The notes under the pieces were generated by a model, which saw only the letters and a list, made by a program, of their open reading frames with translations, made no database searches and had not been told where the DNA came from. A DNA stretch of 53,883 nucleotides, filler included, from Sphacelaria rigidula (Eukaryota): the NCBI GenBank assembly GCA_964200075.2. It is 4 parts of 4 records of this genome, joined end to end, with 100 filler letters (N's around TTAATTAATTAA, not from the genome) between each part and the next. Parts side by side here need not be neighbours in the genome. Positions count along the whole stretch, not along the records: positions 1 to 13,397 come from CAXNAA020002908.1; positions 13,498 to 26,894 come from CAXNAA020002909.1; 2 more parts are not named here. The stretch is one strand, 5' to 3'. Shown here piece by piece: positions 12,938 through 24,759 of this stretch; the stretch's first letter is position 1; each line of letters starts with the position of its first letter. The translations under genes and the position numbers were made by a program.

Positions 12938-13397
12938 GCTACTAATTTCAAGTCATTTAATTCAATTTTTTTACCATGCCCTTTACATCATGTGAGATAC
13001 TGTACAGTACAAGCCTGATTCTAGTATGGACTTCATCACACAGAGTTTTATAGGCCTTCTGGGGCCCGTAGCTGCAGTTCAGTACAGCGCGGCGGCGGGA
13101 TGATATCCAGGGCAACACCCCACAAGCAGTGGCTCTGTGTATTGGTATACGGGTTAGTGTAACCAATTTTCGCTTTTCGCGTCGCCATACGGGCGGTATG
13201 GTTGCGTTGGCCGGGGTTGACGTTGCAGCCATTCTGTGCGCTCAACGTGCTGCTGCATTCTGCACGGCTTTTGGATTCGAGGCATGAGGTGAGGTACCGT
13301 ACCGAGCGTGCCCCCGGTATTTACCGGGGTATCCCATACCGTGGTTTGCGTAGGTATCGTAGGTATGACATTTCAAAATACCGGATTGGGCGGGTAC

Positions 13398-13497
13398 NNN
13401 NNNNNNNNNNNNNNNNNNNNNNNNNNNNNNNNNNNNNNNNNTTAATTAATTAANNNNNNNNNNNNNNNNNNNNNNNNNNNNNNNNNNNNNNNNNNNN
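13398..13497. other. Assembly gap with TTAATTAATTAA linker
   Basis: N44-TTAATTAATTAA-N44; the same 100-nt structure occurs three times. Confidence 0.95.
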
Positions 13498-13917
13498 GCA
13501 CACACCGTATCCCAACATGCCCACGCCCAGGGTGTAGACACATTACATTGCTTGTAGCCCAGGATATGCCAGCCCTCAGGGTGTATAGTGATAATATGCG
13601 GAACTGTGGTCACGTCAAACGAACGACCTCACACGGCTAAAAATGAAAATTGAGGATTAACGGTTAGTGTCTGTGGGCACCCTAGTTTCGTCGATAATGT
13701 TCCCCCTCGTTGAGTTCCCGGACAGAAGGATTGCATTGCTGTAAGTGTCTGTAAATGACCCAGCACTCTTCCCGCATTGTGACTTTTATGGTGAAGCCGC
13801 CGGTGGTCTGATAGTCCACCGGACATCGTAAGGGTGGGCAGAACGCGGGTTATATTCCCGTCAGATGCGTTTGGGTTTTCTCTTCGAAGTTTATGATTTT
13901 CCGCCGTTGAAAGCAGC

Positions 13918-14100
13918 AGGACGTGAGTAGACAAGAAGGGCTTGACTGAGTTTGTTTGGCGAGAGTTGACGCGATGCGGTAGTGCTGATCCATTTCGCGA
14001 AGCCCTAGTGCAAGGCATGTAACGGGGAGAGATAGGCTGATCCCTTGAGACTACGGACTCGTCCCGAGGAAGGGGAGGAGTTGGAAGCGTGACGAACAAA
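13918..14100 (+). repeat. Dispersed repeat family B copy (longer)
   Basis: AGGACGTGAGTA...GAGAGTTGACGCGATGCGG...GGACTCGTCCCGAGGAAGGGGAGGAGTTGG aligns by eye with 19711-19890. Confidence 0.75.
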
Positions 14101-15582
14101 ATTGGACAACAAGGTCCCGGGTTCGAATACCGGCTCGATCACGCGACCAAAGTGAGAATATCTGCAACAGTTGAGGGGGGAGCAAAAAGTCGCCAGGATG
14201 GTGGAGTAGGGGAACAGCATGGTGGGTACACACACTCGTAAACAAATCTCCTCCACATGCTGTTTGAGCCGAGGTTACAGTAGTGGATAGGTCCCGCTGA
14301 AGCAAGCATTTTGCACGTGGCTGAAAGGGGGCAAGGCTCAGAGCTAGTGTGCATACCATGGAATTCACTCTGCGTGTCGGTATGCACGCAGGCACAGCGT
14401 GTAGCTGACTGCTTCGGGGTGTGAGGACCCACAGAGTCAACTACGTCGTCCGGCCGTAAGTTATGAGGGTCGTCGCACCCTGACCTGATGGAGCGCAGAC
14501 ATTTTTCACGCCGAAGTGCAGGATTGTACTGTACGGTGCTCTGCTGTGGTGGGCTGTGGTGTGCAGTGCTATGCACCCTGTATATCGGTATACAGCATAA
14601 TCATCGAATGGATGATGAGATGTATATATCGCACTTTTAGCAGGTAACGGCAAATGTCAGATACATCGGTCCCAGTTACCGATACGATACGATACATCGT
14701 ATCGGCCCGACATATCGGTGTATATAGGTACCAATACACAACCCCGTTGAAGAGTGATTCCGTGTTTCTTTACGGCAAAACAAGTCCACGGTTCGAATGA
14801 ATCACCGAATCCACGATTTTGCAGGACTGCTTGCTCGGAAAAGAGGGAAAAAAGTTGACCACCGGTCAAGAAGGTTTCGAAGCAATTTTTGCGCCATTAT
14901 ACGTGCCTGGGCTACGCGTACCTGGGTTGCAACGCTGGTAACAAAGTTTAAGGATTGATTCGTACCGTACGAATCAATCACACTAAGATCAACTATTTTC
15001 CAGACGAATCCTCAATTCGTCCGACCCTTGAAAAAGTCGAAGGTGCTGTTGTTTTTCATGGTGTTCATCTTTCCATGAAAAGTGGTCTTCGTTCTGGGCA
15101 CAGACACATGTGCGTACCAAAAATGCCACCCGAAATCTTCAAACACAAGTACACATACCATAAAAGCAATGCCTGCCCTCCGCGCGTATTTTCGACACCA
15201 GGTGCTGTTTTTTGGATACCGGGGCACAGGCGGGTGGTGGGACTGGCGGGTACGCCCGGGGGCAATCGTGATGTGTTGATACCGTTGCTAGCAGCCTGCA
15301 GGTACGTCGTGATCTGAGCTATACTTGTTTTTTCCCGTGCCTTTGTAATTTGCGACCAAAGCGGCGGCATGTGGCCGGCGCGTATAGACTTCTTGAGTTG
15401 GGGAAAGCAGGGGAAGGCTGTTGCTTCTTTACAGCTGAATGTTTTTAACGGCATGCGTCTCTGATTGGGTTGTTGCGAGACATGAAATCTTGGCGCAGGG
15501 TTTGTACCACAGCACCTACACGCACCTGCAGTGTGCACCAACTGACACGGAGCCCAGGGACACATAACTCCTACCCCACTGT

Positions 15583-15645
15583 GCTTCGTCTCGAAAGGGA
15601 TGCGTGGTCAATGGTCACACGACTAAGGCAAGCAACAAATGAGTA
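15583..15645 (+). mobile_element. Short 3'-end copy of non-LTR family A
   Basis: Matches the family A consensus; CCCCACTGT at 15574 recurs at 15752. Confidence 0.8.
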
Positions 15646-15974
15646 GCACAGACGGCTTGTCCCCCCACCNNNNNNNNNNTCGCGAAAGGGGTGGGTTGTC
15701 ACTTGTCACACCCCAAAGCAAAAAAAAAAATGAGGGGCCCCCCCCCCCCCCCCCCACTGTACCGTACCATACGTTTCCCTTCTTCACGTTACTATCAATA
15801 ACCGCGGGTCTGCGCGCCCCGATAATGGGTGTTGATGTCGACCATCGTGCAGATGCAGCTGTAGAGTTTTGTGGGTAATTATCACCACCTACGGTGCTGT
15901 ACTCCTCACGCAGCGGACAGCGTACGCGATAAACTCGGTATTTGCGCTGACCGAACACTCAGAATACAAGCATC

Positions 15975-16973
15975 ATGCTTGAGCCCGACCCCGACCCACA
16001 ACGTTGTTTCTCCGATCCCAGGTACCCTGGCCTCATATTCCGCCGTGATGGACAAGCAAAACCGGATATCGGAAAAAGAGACCGTATCGTGTTTCGAATA
16101 GTCACAAAGGATATAGATCACCCAGATGAACAGCTGTTTCCGCTGTCGGCGCTCACCCCACCCCCGTGCATTGGCTCAAGCAACCTGCCGATTCCCCACG
16201 ACACCAACAACGGCCCTAATGCAACCGAAGACTCCGCTGCCGCCACCGACGCCGCCGCCGCAGCAGCAGCGGCAGCATCCCTCGGCATAGTCTACCACCC
16301 CTTGCCCTCCTCGACCGGCGGCTCGGCGGCGGCGCCAGGAGGATCATGTCTCACGCTCTTCACAGGTTGGAAACTCGACACCGTTGTGATACCCGACCTT
16401 GTGATGACTGGCGCGCTGTCCGCAGAAGACGGGAGAGCTGTTTCGGACCTGGTTAGAAAGGAGGATCCGGTCGTAATCTCCGCGTTTCGTATCGCAGCGG
16501 CCTCTGCAACAACGGGCACTGCCGCCGCCGCTGTCTTCTCGTCCGCAGTTGACTCGAAATGGAAAAATCATAAGCCGCTTGCAGCTGTCATGCGCGGGGG
16601 GGGTGCTTATGCGGGCGACGGCCGGGATAGAGGAGGCAGGCGCGGGGGTGAGGCGAGCGGCGCAGCAACAGTAGGGGCTTGGAGGAGTGGTCAAGTGCGA
16701 GATCGCCTGGTGTACATGATCGAGGTTATCTTGGAAAATCGGCGGCGGAGGAAGGGGGTGATGGATCGCGGTGGTGGAATCGTGGCGCGGGTCGGCAACT
16801 ATGGTGGTGCGGGCTTCGCCTTGGGGTCTGCGAAAACGCTTGACGAGGAGAGTCGTCTGTGTTACGACGGTAGTTACACCGGTTATGCTGGTGCTGCGAC
16901 AAACGGCGTTGTGCCGGAAGCGTTCCAGGCTGATGTGATCGCTTTGGCGGACATTGCGCTGCTTACGGGAACG
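15975..16973 (+). CDS. Gene 2 exon 1 (start codon uncertain), uncharacterised helical-repeat protein
   Basis: 999-nt open frame; donor ACG|gtgagt, phase 0. Confidence 0.75.
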
Positions 16974-17164
16974 GTGAGTATGAGTCGTGCGTTAGCATGT
17001 CATCTTGCTGGTGGGCGCAACCCCGAGATGTTGCCCATCTGATGCATGGCACAGCAAGCTCTGGAATATCTTGTAAGTCAATGCGCCGGCCTAGAAACTG
17101 ATATCCCTCCCACCAAACATATTTCGAGAACGGCGGAGAGATCCCGCCAAGTAAAGACATCGAA

Positions 17165-17584
17165 CAGCCTCGATCCGTTTTTGAGGTTCAACATTTGGGT
17201 GAGGTTCAACTCGAAAACAGTGCCTTCCCTGACCTAAAGTCATAATCAATGAATTTCATATGGACGACATCATGCCCCCCAACCTCCTTGAAACTATTTT
17301 TGGGGGTTGCCCGTCCTCCGTACCCCCAAAGCGTATGTGCGGAAGCACCTCTTTGCCTCGATATTGGGGCGAAAAAGGCGACGTTTTCAGCCCGAAATTG
17401 GTGCTTTCGCATATACGCTTTGGGGGCACGGAAGACGCGTAACCCCCAAAAATAGTTTCAAGGAGGTCGGGGGGCATGAGGTCGTCCATATGAAATTCAT
17501 TGATCATGACTCTAGGTCAGGGAAAGCACTGTTTTCGAGTTGAACCTTACCCAAATGTTGAACCTCAAAAACGGATCCAGCCTG
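17165..17584. mobile_element. Intronic foldback MITE with ~185-bp arms and CAG...CTG ends
   Basis: Left arm GATCCGTTTTTGAGGTTCAACATTTGGG... mirrors ...CCCAAATGTTGAACCTCAAAAACGGATC; short central spacer; TA on the right flank. Confidence 0.9.
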
Positions 17585-18590
17585 TAATCGCTGGGATCAT
17601 GAGATCGTCATGCGCGTGCCCTCGGAAACACACGTCGGATATCGATTATATTCTAGCTTAGGTATGGGGCGAAACTGACTAAATATGCCGCGGAGCTAGT
17701 GTTGGAACAGTTCGGCGAAAATTCATGTCTGTCCTTGAGACCCTGCTGCGACCCTTTGCTTGCGTCACCCGCGCGCGCTGCGCACGCTCTGGGAAATGTC
17801 GTCGAGCCCGCCGAGCGATCCGCGCTGGGAGAAGACCTCTGTCTCCACAACCTTTCACGATAAGGGGAGGGACAAGTGACTGTTGAGGGTACGTTACACA
17901 ATCAAGGCTACGTGGCAGCGTCGCCGGTGGTTTTTCTCCTTGCCTATACCCTCCAAGCACTGCCCATGCGAAAACGTCAATGCGCCAGGCAATTGTTTTC
18001 AGAATTTCGAGGTGAAACTTTGACACCAGAGAGACAAGACATGAGTCTGCCATTTCAAATGAACCACGTGTCGTCTTCTTTTTTTTCACTCCTTTGAAGG
18101 GGTTTGGAAGACAGCCCGAATTTTTCAATCTTCCGCAGATGAGACGAGAAAACGACGTGGTTCGTTTGAGTTGGTAGACCTATGTGGTGTTGATTTAGTG
18201 TCTAGAATTCACCCCGTAATTCGGAAGTCTTGCGCCGCGCGTGGTCTGTGGTCTGTGTTGGCGGGTGTTGACCGGCTCAGCCGTATATTCGTATTGCCGG
18301 ACAGGTTCACACGCTGCCAAAACCTGTCGTCAATGGGCATGCTTGTCAGCCGCCCCACCGTGCTCGATCCTGAGTAGAAAAGTATCAACTCGGTCTCTTT
18401 CTTCACCTATCTATGCTCCCACCTTTTGTGGTTTCTCTACCCATGCGTGCAATAGAATACCGATCCGTCCGACACAATAGAGAAGCTTTGACCACTTGCA
18501 TCTCATCAAATTCGTACAGCACGTGCAAGTACAGTTGTCACACATTCCCTGGACGTGCCCCTGGCTCCCACTTCTTGTTCGAATACAAAG

Positions 18591-19109
18591 ATGTCCAAGG
18601 AAGACTATGTCCAAGCTCTGTACAAGGCGGTCACCCTAGACCCAGCTCTCGTCAAGGCCTATCGCGCTGACGTCCGGCAAATTCTCATAGGCCACGGGGA
18701 GAAAGGAGGCGACGAGCCACCGTGGGCGACACTCGGAGCCCTGGGCGCCTCGTTCGAGCCCCGTCTACAGTCCCAATCTCACTTGGGAGCAAACACACCG
18801 CCGCCATCGCCCCCGCCGTACCAACCCGCGCTCCGAGAGGTTAGGGCGCCCATCTCGTCGCAGTCACCCCTTCCGGCGCCGTCAGCCCCACCTTTTTATC
18901 GGTCTGCTCGTCGCGGCATGGGGGCACTCGCGGCGGCAGCGATGGATGATGGAGATTTGATAGGAGGGGAGCTCGATGAAAACTACAGTATTAGCGGGGA
19001 CGATAGTGAGGATGATGATGAGGTCGAAGAGCAAGAAGCTGGGGAGGAAGACGGGGAAGGTGATATGTGCGCTCGTGAATCTGCCCTTCGGGATCGCTTT
19101 TTGCGCCGG
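18591..19109 (+). CDS. Gene 2 exon 2 (MSKEDYVQALY...RDRFLRR)
   Basis: aag|ATG acceptor after a pyrimidine tract; CGG|gtgaga donor; the junction completes a repeat module. Confidence 0.75.
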
Positions 19110-19295
19110 GTGAGAAGGCTGGGCGGGGGTTCCCGGAGAGGGTGAGGGGGGGAGAGAGGGATTCCATGTCAGAGAAGGACGCCGATATGCTTTTCACACG
19201 ATAGTATGTTTTTCAGTGCTTGTGTCGCTTTCTTCTGTCTGAATCACCGCCACTGACGCGGCAAAACTATCATCATGCTGTATGGATAACAACAG

Positions 19296-19439
19296 GCAGT
19301 GACCTTGATTGCGGAGGCGCGCAACGGGCTTACCGAACGTGAAAAGGCCCTGATCGAGGACGCAATCGCGACGGAGCATCCATGGGTGTCCGCTATTTAC
19401 GACGAATGCAGGGAAACAGGAGATATGCGAGGGCTTATG
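19296..19439 (+). CDS. Gene 2 exon 3 (AVTLIAEAR...GDMRGLM)
   Basis: cag|GCA and ATG|gtgaga, 144 nt, phase 0/0. Confidence 0.8.
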
Positions 19440-19710
19440 GTGAGAGAGTACAGACGATTCCAACACGGTGGGGATGACAGGGGAGGGGGGGACGCTACAA
19501 AGCCCAAGAGTGTGATATGGAGACGGATGGCCGAGAAAGTGAATATGCTGACGCCTGTGATACCATCTGACATTGACCCGCCGTGCTCCGATGGTTCAAT
19601 CGTACAACGGAAGCCATCGGGATGAAAGAATGCGGGTCCGGTTCCCGGCAGGTTCATTTGTTTGGTGTTTGATGTACTGTATGTTTATTTTCTGTCGTTG
19701 ACAGCGTGTG

Positions 19711-19890
19711 AGGACGTGAGTATAAAACTAGAAGGTTTCATGACGAGAGTCAACGCGGTGCGGGAGTTCTGGTACTGTACAATCCGCTATACCAAAATGC
19801 AGGGCGTGTACCGAGGAGAGATGGGTTGATCTCCGAAGACCTCGGACTCGTCCCGAGGACGGAGAGGAGTTGAGAATGTGCCGAAAAATA
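19711..19890 (+). repeat. Dispersed repeat family B copy (intronic)
   Basis: GAGATGGGTTGATCTCCGAAGACCTCGGACTCGTCCCGAGGACGGAGAGGAGTTG is similar to the other family B copies. Confidence 0.7.
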
Positions 19891-20134
19891 GTAGATGCAC
19901 TTTTTCATTTCGTGGTGTCCTGACGCTACGTTGAGGTCGTAGATGGTACGGGCATTTGCTTCGTTTCTTGTGGCAAAACATCTTCAAATAGTGGTGTCCG
20001 TAGTATGCAGGAATAAGCCGTTGACTGCGCTTCCAGTACGCCGACACACCTCGTTCGTGAGCGCAGCAATATTCACGCAATTATTTTTTTCACACCCATC
20101 TGTCTGATCGTGTATTTGACGCACACACATGCAG

Positions 20135-20845
20135 CAAAATCTGCAACGCCTACCGTCTCTTCTTGAGCAAGATCGAGCGACTTCCTCCGGTACCGCCGCC
20201 GCCGCGTCGCACGATGGCGACATCGGGCGCTCGCAGCAACAGCCTCCGATCCCCGGAGGAGACGAATGGGAGCCGCCCATTTCGGTACTTGAGCAGCTGC
20301 AGCAGCACCACCGACCGCCGTTGCCACCACCACCGCATCTCCATAGACATATCCAGAAAACGGCGGGATGTAGCCAACACTCGTTAAACATCACAGACTT
20401 TCAACGATCTGATGGCGGTGGCTCCAAGTCGTTCTTGCCCGCCCGCACGGATTCAGCCCGATCACGGCCGAATTCGCATTCACTCCGAGCGACGGCCGTG
20501 GAGACAGCACGGGGCACTATGCCGGCGACAACGAGGGGGGAATTTCCGGGATTGCTGACCGGAAGGAAGCAGCGAAGCAGCCGCGGGGATTCCTCCAGTC
20601 GAGTCGGCGGTGCCGGTCCGGCAGGGGGTGGGGGCGGTGGTGTTGATAGCGCTGGACCGCAGCCGGTGGAAACTGCGCTTGTGGTCGAGCAACTCTCGCG
20701 GGTAATTGCGGGTTGTGCCCACTTGCTGGAGTTGAGGGGCACGGTTGGGAAATACGAGCAGGAGGCGCTTCGGGTCATGTCGGAGAGGGCAAGCCCTGTA
20801 TTGTTGGCTGCGGTCGAGGTGTTCGGCGCCAACCAGGACCTTGAG
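20135..20845 (+). CDS. Gene 2 exon 4 (QNLQRL...FGANQDLE)
   Basis: cag|CAA acceptor; probable GC donor GAG|gcgggt. Confidence 0.75.
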
Positions 20846-21206
20846 GCGGGTGAAGTGATGATACGTTTTTGTTGTTGTTCCCATTTTGTGTTTGCTTACA
20901 AGATCGATCGCCATCGATTCGGACGCCTCTTTTATTTCCGCGATAGGAAGTCCTCTGAACATCGATTTGCACCCTTTTTCATAAGTGTGTGTCGCAGCAA
21001 ACGTGAAACGCGAAAGTTTTGGGGTATCAAAATCATGGTTGGGAATGCTGCACCGTCACAGAAACAACGCTCTTCCCCTGTCCCACTCGCCTGGCCTTTC
21101 GACCCGAGTCTTGCACACGCCGTTTTGTCTTGTCCCTTACCAACCAACTTACCGCTCACTGCACAGCACTCCGTTCGATGTCGCAACGGTTTTCATTCAT
21201 TTGCAG

Positions 21207-22113
21207 GACCTCCTCGATACGCTCACGGAAGCGGCGAGAGCAGAAGTGTCGCTCACCTACAGCACCGCTGCCGACAACAACGACGGCCGCAAAAAAACAG
21301 CCGCGTCAGGCACCAGTCCTCCTTGCACTGCTGCTGTTGCTGCTTCACCCGGGAGGGCAGCAGGTGAAGGCGGGTCCGTTGGTAGCCGCGCCGTGGCGCG
21401 TAGCGTACGACGCAGCATCTCTCCGAGGGCCAAGTACTTGGAAGAAAACCCTTCCCCTTACTACATTTACCTGTCGCAACAAGGCCGAGAACCCCGATTT
21501 CACCACCGCCACCAGCAACATAGCTTCGGCAGCGACATGTCACATGCACGAGGAGGATCAAATGGAGGACGAGGCGAATGCCAGGGCGGAGAATCTGGGA
21601 AACACGGCGACGACAGCGCCGTAAACACCACCAACGGAGAGTTGATTAGTCGAACCAACAACGGCTACCTTTATCCTGATGTAACTACCGCTGAGAGTAG
21701 CAGCACCGACACCCATGGCTTCCGTTCGCCCGGCTTTGGGCTCTCATCCCCGCCACTTGGGAACAATCTGGACGGCGAGGGATTTCCCAACGTATCAGGA
21801 GCCGATACTGGAAGCCCAGCACAAGTCGAGAATGCAAGCACTGTATCTCTCGGCGAGAGCGGAGATGGCTTTGTTGGCGGTGACCGTAATGCGAACGTGG
21901 AAGCAGCGGCAGCGGCAGCGGTAGCGGGGAACTTATCCGAGGCGGCCGAAGGGAGCAGTGATGCAAGTAGGAATAGCAAGCGGAAGGCGGCAGCCGGGTT
22001 GAGAGCGCAGGAGCTGGCGGCTGCGAAGTTTGCAGGGATGAAGAAGACCGCCGCCGCCGCTCAGGGTGCAGGGGAAGCGGATGCAGACTCAGCCAGAGGA
22101 TCTGCTTCTTCCG
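21207..22113 (+). CDS. Gene 2 exon 5 (DLLDTL...GSASSG)
   Basis: ttgcag|GAC acceptor; phase-1 donor TCCG|gtgaag. Confidence 0.8.
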
Positions 22114-22717
22114 GTGAAGTCAAAGGTTTGCATTCTCCATCTTGCATGTGTCTTCCATACGCTCCTATACGTTGTTAGGTACTGCAGTACTTCCATCGCG
22201 TGTTCGGCTGTTACCGGAGGGAACACCGCAAGGAGAGACTGTGTGAAACTGGCAAAACGTGTACTATTCCAGCAGTTGGACGCAGGTTGTATCTCGTATT
22301 GGCTGTTTTCGATTTTCATGTCCAAGCAGGGGGTGTTGCAAACCTACCGATGTCTGCCGACTGTCGTGAATAGGTAGCCGGTGACAATCCCATGATCGTT
22401 GCACGGCACAGAGCCGCTGGTGACAAACAGAGATGTCGCTTTTGCTGGTCTTACTCGCAACGCCCTCTCATCAACCCATCCGTTGCGTGTATCAATGGGC
22501 CGCTCCGTGACAACGTTGGCATTTTTGCAAATGTCCTTGCAGTGGTTCCGAGAGCGCATTTGCATAATTTCACCGGTACCCCACTTGCATTAGCAGTCCA
22601 CAACCTCCGTTCTTTTCCCTGTCTGCCGGATGGATGCTGATAGCTGTTCGTCTTAGCTTGCTTCCTCGACAATGATGTTTCATCGTTTTTTGGTTCGTCT
22701 CTGTTCTCGATGTACAG

Positions 22718-22842
22718 GCCCCCCTCGCGACGCAGAGCCAAGTGGCGATAAGCGGCTGCGGCAGGACGTCTCGCAGCTTATCTCAGTGATGAAGAAACAT
22801 GGCATGCTCACGGACCAGCAACGTCTATTCCTTCTCGCGCAG
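22718..22842 (+). CDS. Gene 2 exon 6 (GPPRD...QRLFLLAQ)
   Basis: Phase-1 acceptor tacag|GC; donor CAG|gtgatt. Confidence 0.8.
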
Positions 22843-23699
22843 GTGATTTCTACGCAGCACGGACGAGTTGACAACATCGCGCATGCCATGTTGTGAAATT
22901 CTAGTCTTCCTGCTTGTGCAATTTGACAGCATGGGACGGCAGGAGACTTCTGGAGGGAGCTGTCGTGCCGAAAATACCAAGTCTGTCTTGTAGTTTGCCG
23001 TGTGCGGGTTAGCACGGGGGGCAGGGGGACTAAGACGAGAGCGACATGGCTCTCGGTAAAACGTAAAGCGTGACATTCTTGGTGTATCTAGTTTTGGAGT
23101 GGAACATGTCCGCTGCCATCCCTGGGCTCGACAATTTTACTGCTCGTGGGCGAATGTGACACACAGTAGCCGGGTAATCTACGTGTACTCATGAGGCTCC
23201 AGAGAGACATGTCTTGCATTGCACTGGGTTGACAAAATGACCGTTTCTCAATAAAATTGCTCTGGGTTGAGTTATATGTCTGGACATTATCCGTTCCAGA
23301 GCACTGCCCCCCCCTCCGAGCCTTTGTTGCAACGACGCTGTAGAACACGCCACTCACTGGGTGAGCTAGGCAACGAGGTCACCGGGGTGTTCTCGCTTGC
23401 GTTTTTTTCGCGGTAACCATGATTCCGGAGTCCGATCATACTGTGCGGGGCGGAGAACCTCATCTCCGCCCAAAGGGGATGGTGGGACCATGATACGCAG
23501 TATTTAAATAGTGAAACGTACATGAGGCAGTGTAACCCGTGGCTGTCTCTGAATGTGGCGATACCAGTAAAAGAAGCAACCCACTCGAGGCTGTCGTCTA
23601 AATGCGAGATGATTAGTAAGTATGCCTCGGGCCGAACAAGCTTCCTAACATGCGGCTCAACCTTGATGCCACTCGCCGAACACATCACGGTGCTTCGCG

Positions 23700-23805
23700 C
23701 TTGGTGATTGATTGCGAGCCTGGTGCGGCGAAAACCCAGCATGCTCCGTCTTGTAGGGATGCGAGGTCAACAGCGTTATGAGTACGGCATGCACAATCGT
23801 AAGTA
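23700..23805 (+). mobile_element. Diverged family A-related 3'-end copy
   Basis: GCTCCGTCTTGTAGGGATGCGAGGTCAA...CGGCATGCACAATCGTAAGTAC followed by a C-rich tract; similar to 33970-34110. Confidence 0.6.
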
Positions 23806-23913
23806 CCCCCTCTCCCCCCCCTCCCTCCCCCTTCCCCCACCGCGCGCGCGCCCGTCCGTCATTCATCCTTGTGTCGTTGCATGATTGTTCTGAACGTGTC
23901 CGCCACGTCACAG

Positions 23914-24759
23914 GTAGGGCGCCGTATCACGAGACAGGCTCGTAGGCATCACTTGGAGTACGCGAGGACGGGTGACTCGAAGGTGTTGTATGCAGTGCTA
24001 ATGGCGTTATCCACGCCGTCTCGTCGCCCAGTAGATGACGATTCGGATGAGGATGAAGATAACGATGATGGTGATGACGTCGATGGTACCATAAGCGACG
24101 CTCTTGCAAAGTTTATGGAAAGTGAGGAACTGGAGGAATATGAGGAACTTGACGAAATCGAAGAACTCGAGGAAAGTGTAGAACTCGAGGGGAGCAAGGG
24201 AAGCGAGGAGAGTGACTCGATTGAGGAGGAACATGAGGAGCACGGAGAAGTAGAGAGCAACGAAGAACCCCGTGCCAATGAGGAACTTGGAGATCGTGAA
24301 CGATCGAGTGAAAACGAGCAAAACGAGGGACGTGAGGAAAGCGCTGGACTTGAGAATAGCGAGGAGAGGGAGGGAATGGAGACACCAGCAGAAGTGAAGA
24401 ATCCCGCCAAAAACGGCAGCAACCTGGAGGAAATCGAGAAAAGAAGCGAGGAAGAGAACGGCTCTTGTGACAACCAGGGTCGCGAAGTTGAAATTGTGGC
24501 TGACGGTGGCGAGGCATCTGGTAGCGCAGGCGTCAACCGCGATGAAATCGAAAAGACGGTGCTTCCGAGCATGACGGATGCTGGTGCACAGGAGAGGGCT
24601 GCGAGGGCCGAGCACGGAGAGGGTGATGTGGGGGGTAGAATGAAAGATGACGGAATTGGGGACATGAGCGGGATGGCCAGCGCGAAACAGGCGGGTGGCG
24701 GTGGCGAGGGAGAAGGAGAGGGCTCAATGAGTCGAGAGATTGAGGCCCCCGTTATATAG
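23914..24759 (+). CDS. Gene 2 terminal exon with a long acidic tail
   Basis: cag|GTA acceptor in phase 0; Glu/Asp-rich ORF ending at TAG. Confidence 0.75.
   Translation, partial: VGRRITRQARRHHLEYARTGDSKVLYAVLMALSTPSRRPVDDDSDEDEDNDDGDDVDGTISDALAKFMESEELEEYEELDEIEELEESVELEGSKGSEESDSIEEEHEEHGEVESNEEPRANEELGDRERSSENEQNEGREESAGLENSEEREGMETPAEVKNPAKNGSNLEEIEKRSEEENGSCDNQGREVEIVADGGEASGSAGVNRDEIEKTVLPSMTDAGAQERAARAEHGEGDVGGRMKDDGIGDMSGMASAKQAGGGGEGEGEGSMSREIEAPVI

Noticed and set aside
13442-13453. TTAATTAATTAA repeated three times in the window
   Set aside because: Always centred in a 100-nt N block; it is an artificial scaffold linker.
14112-14140. GGTTCGAATACC T-arm-like motif
   Set aside because: No D arm or acceptor stem; not a tRNA gene.
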